12,500 bases of DNA. It comes from Calditrichaceae bacterium. Its GTDB lineage: Bacteria; Calditrichota; Calditrichia; Calditrichales; JBFXGD01. Under the pieces are notes generated by a model that worked only from the letters and a program-made list of their open reading frames with translations, did no database searches and had not been told where the DNA came from. Positions 1 to 7,121 of this stretch are shown piece by piece. The stretch's first letter is position 1. The number at the start of each line of letters is the position of its first letter. The position numbers and the translations under genes were made by a program. The stretch is taken from NCBI GenBank assembly GCA_050178385.1, contig JBFXGD010000100.1, positions 1 to 12,500 of the forward strand, read 5' to 3'.

Positions 1-420
1 GGTTGAGTAATTCTTATTCAAAATTAAATTTATTACCGATTCACCAGTCTTCTTTTTCAGGCTGCCGGGCTATCTCGGAAAATCGTTCTCTCAATGATTA
101 TGAACATGCTAACTTTTTAATTATAAATAATATTTCTTTGATTCAATTGATATGCCTTTAAAGAAATAAATTAATTTTAGCCGGTATAGTTCACAAGATT
201 TTTATTCCTTCCCGGAAGCCGGATTTTAAAATGAACGAATAATTCGCAGGTTAAAGATTATCTTAACCATAATAACATTCATTTCCTTTTCCGGTATTTA
301 ATATTTTAAACGTTATTTTTAAATAGTTGTATTTGTTGTTCAGAATACAGAATTTATCTTAATTTCATTGTGAAATGATATGGGCGTTATTGTCTGAAAT
401 TATCTAACGTAGGAGTCAGG

Positions 421-1719
421 ATGCAGTCAAGAAAAAATCATCCTCCGGGAGTAAACCTAAATCTAAATGTAAGAGGATTGCAGCAATCCGCCACACTTCG
501 AATTAATGAAATCAGCAATAAAATGATTCGTGAAGGTCATCAGATTTTTAAACTGGGGCTGGGGCAATCACCCTTTCCGGTGCCGCAGGTCGTTCAGGAA
601 GAACTAAAAGCAAATACTCACCAAAAAGATTATTTGCCGGTCATGGGTTTACGGGAACTGAGAGGCGCGGTCGCGGGGTACTTACATCGCGCGCAGGGTG
701 TCGATTTTACTCCTGACAACATCATGATCGGTCCGGGTTCAAAGGAATTAATGTTCATTCTTCAACTGGTTTATTATGGCGATCTTGTTATTCCTACGCC
801 GAGCTGGGTTTCTTACGCGCCACAGGCGCATATTGTAGGGCGGCATATAAGCTGGGTGCCCACACGTGCGGAGGATTGCTGGCGTATCATGCCGGAAGAG
901 TTTGAAAAATTATGCAGCAGGGACCCGGACAAACCGAGACTGATGATTCTGAATTATCCCGCCAATCCACATGGATGTACCTATCGGATTGATGAACTTA
1001 AAGCGCTCGCGCATATTGCCCGCAAATACAGTGTCTTGCTCTTATCAGACGAAATTTACGGTGAATTGCATCACTTGGGACAGCATGTTTCCATCTCGCG
1101 GTATTATCCGGAAGGCACCATCATTAGTTCAGGCCTTAGTAAGTGGTGCGGTGCCGGTGGGTGGCGCCTTGGTACATTCGCCTTCCCAAGATCATTGGCC
1201 TGGCTGCGTGAAGCCATGTCCGTTGTCGCCAGTGAAACATATACATCCACATCAGCCCCTATTCAATACGCGGCAGTCAGAGCGTTTCAGGGCGGCCTGG
1301 AAATCGAGCGATACCTGTGGCAGTCAAGACGGGTGTTAAGATCTCTGAGCGCGGTTCTGCTATCCAAATTAAGAAAGGTCGGAGTCAGTTTGTCAGAGCC
1401 TAAAGGCGCTTTTTATCTGTTTCCGGATTTTAGCCCTTTCAGGGAGAAGCTTGAGCAGAAGGGAATTTATAACAATGAACAGTTCTGTGAACGTCTTCTT
1501 GAGGAAACCGGTGTGGCGATATTACCGGGGAGTGTTTTTGGAAGACCACCGGAAGAACTGACCGCAAGGCTTGCATATGTTGATTTTGACGGCGCGCGTG
1601 TTTTGACCGCCGCTGCTCAGATTCCAGAGGGAAAACCGCTTGATAAGGCGTTTCTAGATACTTATTGCCGGAATTGCCTGACGGCCATTGATAAAATTTG
1701 TGATTGGTTAGACACGTAA
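421..1719 (+). CDS. PLP-dependent aminotransferase class I/II (aspartate aminotransferase-like)
   Basis: 432-aa ORF with AGGAG RBS at 411-415. Fold-type I motifs: LGLGQS, YLPVMGLRELR, ILNYPANPHG, SDEIY, and SGLSKWCGAGGWRLG (PLP lysine plus Arg). GAFY and ILPGSVFG lie near the C-terminus. Confidence 0.93.
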   Translation: MQSRKNHPPGVNLNLNVRGLQQSATLRINEISNKMIREGHQIFKLGLGQSPFPVPQVVQEELKANTHQKDYLPVMGLRELRGAVAGYLHRAQGVDFTPDNIMIGPGSKELMFILQLVYYGDLVIPTPSWVSYAPQAHIVGRHISWVPTRAEDCWRIMPEEFEKLCSRDPDKPRLMILNYPANPHGCTYRIDELKALAHIARKYSVLLLSDEIYGELHHLGQHVSISRYYPEGTIISSGLSKWCGAGGWRLGTFAFPRSLAWLREAMSVVASETYTSTSAPIQYAAVRAFQGGLEIERYLWQSRRVLRSLSAVLLSKLRKVGVSLSEPKGAFYLFPDFSPFREKLEQKGIYNNEQFCERLLEETGVAILPGSVFGRPPEELTARLAYVDFDGARVLTAAAQIPEGKPLDKAFLDTYCRNCLTAIDKICDWLDT

Positions 1720-1783
1720 ATAAGAGTTTTAATAAAATTTCAGATATTCATACATGATCTTCACAAAAATCGGGGGATGTGAG

Positions 1784-2623
1784 GTGAGAAGAATATTATT
1801 TTGTTGTATTATTTTAATGGTTATTCTGTTTCATACGATGCTCAACGCGGCGGAAATCCGCAGGGATGAAAACGCTCCCGGCGCCAGAGCGGCTATGGGA
1901 TTGTTTGCCAATGCTTACAGTAAGTCACTGACTACAAATGTTTTTGGCCTCGAACCTTTATCACTTAAAGGCCGGCTAGGCAGCCTGGTAATCGCGGCGG
2001 CAGGTTACCAGCTGATCTCATATGACACCATGGATGGTATCCAGCTTAACCCGTTCACATTCAGGAAAGAATGGCATGGATATTGGGAAGGCTATCTCGG
2101 GGCAGAGGGGTTGGATATTTTTCTCAGAATTGTCCGTAAATATGACGGGGCGAAATTTATCGTCGCATCTACCGTTCTCATATCGATGGGGATTATCGTC
2201 GCGAACGGTGAAGATGGTGATGGTTGGAGAAATGCGGATGATTCGCCGCTTACTCTGAAAAATCTTTTTAAAAACAGGGATTCCTATTGGATTCATTTTG
2301 CCGGATCGGGAGGTTTGTTCTGGGCAATATCGAATCACACGGTTTCAAAAGAATCCGCCTTGATTTATACCGCTTCTCTTGTCTGGCTTTGGGAAATTAA
2401 AGATGGATATCTGAAATGGGAAGACGCCGGTTTTATAGGCGGAGACGGTTTTTCCTGGAGGGATGGAACGGCAGGGACAATAGCGGTTTTTGGCAGTTAT
2501 GCGGTCAGTAAGTGGATATTTCCCCGGATAAAAAGGGTTATAGGGAATCTTGGTGTGGACGGAATATCAACAACCGCGGACAAAGACGGCTTTAGACTTC
2601 TGGTAAGATTCGACTTACCCTGA
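1784..2623 (+). CDS. Signal-peptide-bearing membrane protein with YfiM/DUF2279-like C-terminal domain
   Basis: The ORF track starts at ATG 1754, but GTG 1784 follows GGGGGA (1772-1777) and gives a clean signal peptide, MRRILFCCIILMVILFHTMLNA|AE. The motifs YWIHFAGS, WLWEIKDG and GDGFSWRD recall the HF...E..D...FSW.D pattern of YfiM/DUF2279 proteins. The family call is from recall. Confidence 0.6.
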   Translation: MRRILFCCIILMVILFHTMLNAAEIRRDENAPGARAAMGLFANAYSKSLTTNVFGLEPLSLKGRLGSLVIAAAGYQLISYDTMDGIQLNPFTFRKEWHGYWEGYLGAEGLDIFLRIVRKYDGAKFIVASTVLISMGIIVANGEDGDGWRNADDSPLTLKNLFKNRDSYWIHFAGSGGLFWAISNHTVSKESALIYTASLVWLWEIKDGYLKWEDAGFIGGDGFSWRDGTAGTIAVFGSYAVSKWIFPRIKRVIGNLGVDGISTTADKDGFRLLVRFDLP

Positions 2624-2683
2624 GTAAAGAATAGCAGTAATACATTGTTTGTTTAGACAATATGTGATATCAAAAGGACTTTT

Positions 2684-3382
2684 ATGAAGAAAATTCTGGT
2701 GACGGGATCAAACAGGGGAATTGGGATCGAGTTTGTCAGGCAATTTCTGGCGCGCGGAGATTATGTGTTTGCCGGATGCAGAAATCCGGATTCTGCCATC
2801 GAATTGCGGAGGCTGAATGATGCATACCCGGATCGGTTGATGATATTTAAACTGGATCTTGAGAGAACGGACTTATTTGATGATGTCGAAAATGACATAA
2901 GCAAGTTGACCGGCAGACTGGATATTTTGATCAACAATGCAGGTATTTATATAAAAAATGAGGACCTTGATAATCTGGATGAATCAAAAATGATGACCGC
3001 GTTCAGGATAAATTCTATAGCGCCGATTCTTTTCTCCCGGAGTTTTATCAATCTGCTGAAAAAAGGCAGAGATCCAAAAATAATAAATATTAGTTCGCAA
3101 ATGGGTTCGCTTCAAAATAAATCAACCGGTGGTGATTACAGTTACTGTTCTTCCAAAGCGGCTCTCAATATGCTCACACGTTCATTGGCTTATGATATCA
3201 GACAGCTGGGAATCATTGCGGTTACTGTTCATCCGGGATGGGTGCGGACAGATATGGGCGGCTCCAATGCCATGATTGATCCTTCAGACTCCGTTTATGA
3301 TATGATCAAGCTCATCGACCGTTTAGAATTGAATGACTCTTCAAAATTTTTTATGCGGGATGGCAAAATCCATCCCTGGTAA
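2684..3382 (+). CDS. Short-chain dehydrogenase/reductase, C-factor (CsgA)-like classical SDR
   Basis: TGSNRGIG Rossmann motif, NNAG, NISSQMGS, catalytic YCSSK, HPGWVRTDMGG, and a terminal PW typical of the CsgA-like subfamily. AAGGA RBS upstream. Confidence 0.93.
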   Translation: MKKILVTGSNRGIGIEFVRQFLARGDYVFAGCRNPDSAIELRRLNDAYPDRLMIFKLDLERTDLFDDVENDISKLTGRLDILINNAGIYIKNEDLDNLDESKMMTAFRINSIAPILFSRSFINLLKKGRDPKIINISSQMGSLQNKSTGGDYSYCSSKAALNMLTRSLAYDIRQLGIIAVTVHPGWVRTDMGGSNAMIDPSDSVYDMIKLIDRLELNDSSKFFMRDGKIHPW

Positions 3383-3752
3383 GAGCTCATAATGTTTGGT
3401 CGTCGGGTTCACGGGAATTTTAGTTCTGTCTTGAGAATAAATTATTTTTATTCATGTATTTTAACTTTGGTTCGATATTATAAAATACAGCGGAGTAGCA
3501 TTGAGCTGCCATTTATTTTAGTCCTTGTGGCGACATAACATAAACAAATACTCGGAAAAATATAGGATGAGGAAACACTGATATCTCTTTGAACAGTATA
3601 TTGATAAGCCGGTATTGGATAATTTTTTTTACCCGTTACTCATAATTAGAATAATTTTAAAATAAGACTCATGTGTAGAGTATGAATATGGAGTATTTTT
3701 TTTGTAGAACGGAATAATTGCCGTGAAAATTGAAGTGTGAAGGGGGACAAAA

Positions 3753-4196
3753 ATGGGCATGAAATTACCTGTTTCGGGGAAAGACACTGAACAAAAGAAA
3801 AGAAGTTCCAAAAATACGGTGGATAAACAGATTTTTATTGTTGAGGACGAGGAAATTATAAGAAACCTTTACAAAGATATTCTCGGAAATAACGGGTATG
3901 AACTTCTAATGTCGAAGACGGTTAAAGAGGGTAAATCCAATTGGGGTGACGGAAATTATGATCTCGTCATTTGTGACCTGGGGCTGCCCGGCGAGAATGG
4001 CTGGGGATTTATTAAATTCGTGAGAGAAAATAATCAAAGTATCCCCATTGTCGCTCTGACGGGATGGGGGGATATGATTTCAAAAGAGCAATCCTCAAAA
4101 TTTAATATACAGCGTGTAGTCGCAAAGCCGGTTTCTGTGGGTCAGTTATTGAAACTTGTATCAGATTTGACATCAGAAGAGCCTTCTGTTTCCTAA
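3753..4196 (+). CDS. Single-domain response regulator (CheY-like receiver)
   Basis: VEDE acidic pocket, DLVICDLGLPGENG (phosphoacceptor Asp), LTGWG switch Thr, conserved KP. No output domain. AAGGGGG RBS just upstream. Confidence 0.9.
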   Translation: MGMKLPVSGKDTEQKKRSSKNTVDKQIFIVEDEEIIRNLYKDILGNNGYELLMSKTVKEGKSNWGDGNYDLVICDLGLPGENGWGFIKFVRENNQSIPIVALTGWGDMISKEQSSKFNIQRVVAKPVSVGQLLKLVSDLTSEEPSVS

Positions 4197-4200
4197 ACCT

Positions 4201-4310
4201 TTATAGTATTGATTCGCAGCTATAATTGATGACCTTGTCCACAAGACTATAACCAGCCGAATATGTCATGGCGCATATCCAATCTATCCTGCATGACCAT
4301 CAACCAACTT
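4201..4310 (-). pseudogene. Possible degraded YoeB/Txe-family toxin remnant
   Basis: The minus-strand frame 4305->4201 reads G*WSCRIDW...YSLVDKVINYSCESIL*, with RLV in an adjacent frame. This resembles the YoeB C-terminal pattern GxWSRRIxxxHRLVY...IxSCRxHY*. The match is short and needs frameshifts. Confidence 0.3.
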
Positions 4311-4426
4311 TAATCTGTCGAATTAACTAAAAAAATTGAATCTAACTTTTTTATTCGGGTTTTATTAGATTTGAATTAAAATTCACAGAATATCCGGTTC
4401 CTTTAATATCATAAAATGAGATAAAC

Positions 4427-5584
4427 ATGAAAATCAGCGGATTTGTAATATTTCTGACAATTATTCTTGCTATCTATGGTTCGGTTAATTTTTATATCTT
4501 CGTAAGAGGATGGGAAGCCCTGTCGCAATTTTCTTCAGCTAAAATATATTTTAGTATTTTTTTCTGGTTTATCGCCGCATCCTTTATCGCCGGAAGGGTT
4601 CTCGAAAAATACGGTTTTTCCGTTGTTGCCAATTTTATGATTCATTTGGGATCCTATTGGCTGGCGATGATGCTCTATTTGTTTTTGATTCTGGTTTTAA
4701 TTGATCTGATAAGGCTGATAAATCATTTTATCCCATTTTTTCCCGGTTATATCTATGAGAATTATAATTTATTCAAACAAATAACAGCGTTGTCTGTAAT
4801 CATGGTTGTAATAATCATAACCTGGGTAGGACATATCAATGCTACGAATCCCGGAATCAGAACACTTGAAATAGGCATTGATAAACGGGTTGAAAATACA
4901 AAAAAATTAAATATTGTTGTAGCATCGGATATCCATCTCGGGACTATGATCGGTCGTTCAGAGATAGATAACATCGTGGCCATAATTAATAAACTTGAGC
5001 CTGATATTGTTCTTCTGCCCGGAGATATTGTTGATGAGGATATGGGCCCGGTAATAAGACAAAATTTGGGTGAGGCGCTTAATAACATTCGGGCGCGGTA
5101 TGGTGTTTTTGCCGTTACGGGAAATCACGAATATATCGGTGGTGTCGAGCCTGCTTTTCAATACCTTTCAGCACATAAAATCAATGTGTTAAGGGATAGC
5201 GTGGCGCAGGTTAATGGCGACATTTATATAGTGGGAAGAGAAGATATCTCGGTTAATCGAATTAGAGGGAAAAAACGTTATTCCCTTGAGAAATTATTGG
5301 AGAATGTGAATAAAACGTATCCGGTGATTCTGCTTGATCATCAGCCGTTTAATTTAAATGAAGCCGCCGATAATGGGATCGATTTACAGGTTTCCGGGCA
5401 TACACATCATGGGCAATTGTGGCCGTTTAATTATATCACTTCCAGGGTGTATGAAATAAGTCATGGTTATAAAAAATCCAAAAACACACATTTTTATATT
5501 TCATCCGGAGTCGGGACCTGGGGACCACCGGTCAGGATTGGAAACCGCCCTGAAATAGTCAACATAATATTAAGTTTTAAGTGA
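4427..5584 (+). CDS. Membrane-anchored calcineurin-like metallophosphoesterase (YkuE/YaeI-like)
   Basis: About four N-terminal hydrophobic helices, then the complete metal-binding motif set SDIH, GDIVD, GNHE, LDHQP and GHTHHGQ. GVGTWGPPVR tail typical of the subfamily. Confidence 0.93.
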   Translation: MKISGFVIFLTIILAIYGSVNFYIFVRGWEALSQFSSAKIYFSIFFWFIAASFIAGRVLEKYGFSVVANFMIHLGSYWLAMMLYLFLILVLIDLIRLINHFIPFFPGYIYENYNLFKQITALSVIMVVIIITWVGHINATNPGIRTLEIGIDKRVENTKKLNIVVASDIHLGTMIGRSEIDNIVAIINKLEPDIVLLPGDIVDEDMGPVIRQNLGEALNNIRARYGVFAVTGNHEYIGGVEPAFQYLSAHKINVLRDSVAQVNGDIYIVGREDISVNRIRGKKRYSLEKLLENVNKTYPVILLDHQPFNLNEAADNGIDLQVSGHTHHGQLWPFNYITSRVYEISHGYKKSKNTHFYISSGVGTWGPPVRIGNRPEIVNIILSFK

Positions 5585-5738
5585 CGGAAATGGACGGAAA
5601 TAGCCGTAAAAATTCAAATGACTCAAAGCAAAGATAAATTCCTTGTCGGGAAAATTGACCAGGCGGATAAAAATAAATGAAAATTATTAAAATTTGGCCG
5701 ATGATTTTTATATGGATCTCTAACGCAGGGAGGCTTGT

Positions 5739-6038
5739 ATGAAAATATTTATCGGAAATGTGTCAAAATCCGTCGAAGCAAAAGAACTAAAAGAAGCATT
5801 TCAGGCATTCGGCCGGCTTGAATCGATCGAAATCCAGGAGCAGGATGTAAATGGAAAAATGGAAACGTACATTATTGTTGAAATGCCGGTTGAGTCTGAG
5901 GCAAAGAAGGCAATGGAAAGTTTGGATGGAATGGACTGGATGGGGAACATCATCAGTGTTCATCCTGCCAGGATAAACGTCAAGGACCGCCGAAAAAACG
6001 GAAGAGGAGGCGGACGCCGCTTTACTGATCATATGTGA
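5739..6038 (+). CDS. Single RRM-domain RNA-binding protein
   Basis: MKIFIGNV (RNP2), ELKEAFQAFG, VEM, EAKKAMESLDG, ISVHPAR, and an Arg/Gly tail. Strong GGGAGG RBS at 5728-5733. Confidence 0.88.
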   Translation: MKIFIGNVSKSVEAKELKEAFQAFGRLESIEIQEQDVNGKMETYIIVEMPVESEAKKAMESLDGMDWMGNIISVHPARINVKDRRKNGRGGGRRFTDHM

Positions 6039-6061
6039 TCTTAAGCGGCCAAATGTGGGAA

Positions 6062-6365
6062 ATGATAACAGGTATTCACATTATACTTACTTACAACTGT
6101 ATTTTTGGGTGCGATCATTCTTTTCTGTATTGCGGGCCGGGGGCAGAGTGTTATTCAAAGGCCGGGCGGCTGATTTGCTGACAAATGGTCTACCGGTAAG
6201 ACCGGCAAGCGATCTGACAAGCTGTCCTTTTGAAGACCTGGAGAATCCTTCCGGGGTTTAGTGGATGTCTTTGGAAATGTTCAGATTTGTCAGGGTATCG
6301 GTATTGGAAATTATCAAAAAGACCCCATATACTCACACCGGGGCAGGTATATGGGATGTAAATAA
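6062..6365 (+). pseudogene. Radical SAM protein pseudogene (internal deletion plus frameshifts)
   Basis: Three frames join into one protein. 6062-6148: MITGIHIILTYNCIFGCDHSFLYCGPGAE (CxxxCxxC with the third Cys changed to Ser). 6148-6258: VLFKGRAADLLTNGLPVRPASDLTSCPFEDLENPSGV. 6261 onward: VDVFGNVQICQGIGIGN (SPASM/twitch-like). The TIM-barrel core is missing. Confidence 0.8.
6324..6355. repeat. Perfect 9-bp inverted repeat (terminator-like hairpin)
   Basis: CCCATATAC (6324-6332) and GTATATGGG (6347-6355) with a 14-nt loop. An A-tract at 6316-6320 provides a U-tail only on the minus strand. Confidence 0.5.
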
Positions 6366-6433
6366 ATTAATGAATAAATGCTGTCCGAAACATAAGCCGG
6401 AAATGAACGTAGATTATTAAAAACAAAATTAGG

Positions 6434-6631
6434 ATGAAAATGGTAAAATTATATCGATCCAGAAAAGACAGAAAAGTAGCGGGAATTTGCGGAGGGTTGG
6501 AACCTGTATTGGGACTGGATTCAACAATCATACGTTTGTTGGTTGTTTTGATTGGCCTTGCCACCGCTGTATTTCCGGTTCTTTTTACTTACATCATCGG
6601 CTGGATAATCATTCCGGAATCGCCCGAGTAA
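6434..6631 (+). CDS. pspC: PspC domain-containing membrane protein
   Basis: KLYRSRKDRKVAGICGGL...D.TIIRL, a hydrophobic segment, then YIIGWIIIP: the canonical PspC signature. AGG precedes the ATG; the start could be 6440. Confidence 0.9.
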   Translation: MKMVKLYRSRKDRKVAGICGGLEPVLGLDSTIIRLLVVLIGLATAVFPVLFTYIIGWIIIPESPE

Positions 6632-6737
6632 TAAATTCAATTTTCCGGATTGGGATTGGAGGATTCCCGCCGATTTTATTTGCGGCATTCAGAAAATTAA
6701 TTAATTCTGCTTGTTCCGTCCTGAAATTTTTTAATTC

Positions 6738-6766
6738 TTGATTATCGAAGAGAACTCATTTATTAT
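6738..6766 (+). promoter_or_regulatory. Putative sigma70-type promoter upstream of the phoD-like gene
   Basis: TTGATT (6738-6743), 17-nt spacer, TATTAT (6761-6766). The AT-rich context makes a chance match possible. Confidence 0.45.
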
Positions 6767-6889
6767 ATTCATGTCCGGCCGGATTTTAGCGACGCTGAAC
6801 TGACAATTATGCGAATCAAGCCTCCGGCCAATCATCCGTATCCTGATCATTCATTATTCACAAAAAAATTGACAATTTATCGAATGGGG

Positions 6890-7100
6890 GAGATTCGATG
6901 TATATATCAATTGCCGGATAATGACTCGTCTGAAAATAAAATATTAAGGTAACTCCGGATCACCACCTGCATCGTTACAGCAGCACCTGTATTCTGACCA
7001 CAAAGACAATACCATCCGCATCATCTCATCACGTGCTACAAATAAATTAAGATATCTTTTTGATTTTAGGAAAATTGAATACATGGAGGAAAGTAACTAA
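6890..7100 (+). pseudogene. Possible degraded BrnT (DUF497) toxin remnant
   Basis: Frame 6948-7100 contains LYSDHKDNTIRIISSRATNK...EYMEESN*, resembling the BrnT C-terminal motif VYTER..TIRIISARKAT...YEE. Upstream frameshifted pieces read DSMYISI and PDNDSSEN, resembling the DPxxxxxxDxxHSxxE segment. There is no start codon, and an in-frame stop lies at 6945-6947. Confidence 0.42.
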
Positions 7101-7121
7101 TCTTTTTCATCGGGGGGATTT

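Noticed and set aside
1..107. Minus-strand gene start at the left edge
   Set aside because: The ATG frame stops after 16 codons. The other open frame lacks a convincing start, RBS or recognisable sequence.
249..268. Imperfect palindrome GGTTAAAGATTATCTTAACC as an operator
   Set aside because: It needs a bulge, lies in very AT-rich DNA, and has no second copy or adjacent regulator.
5583..5601. Tandem GACGGAAAT x2 at the metallophosphoesterase stop codon
   Set aside because: Only two copies of 9 bp. Most likely a local micro-duplication, with no array or element ends.
5692..5710. Sigma54 promoter before the RRM gene (TTGGCCG...)
   Set aside because: The -12 position reads TTTT rather than TTGC.
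6130..6260. Purine or cobalamin riboswitch (TCTACCGG, GAAGACCTG, GC-rich)
   Set aside because: Only isolated words match. The segment is better explained as coding sequence of the radical SAM pseudogene.
6055..6261. 68-aa ORF as an intact gene
   Set aside because: It is a chimeric reading. Only its second half is in the ancestral radical SAM frame.
6816..6830. c-di-GMP-I riboswitch, because CAAGCCTCCGGCC resembles part of its P2
   Set aside because: The upstream GGCAAACC...GAAA...GGGACGC elements and the downstream complementary strand are missing.
6884..6932. Fluoride riboswitch, because GATAATGACTC resembles its 3' motif
   Set aside because: The 5' GGxGATGGxGTTCxCC element and its pseudoknot pairing are not present.
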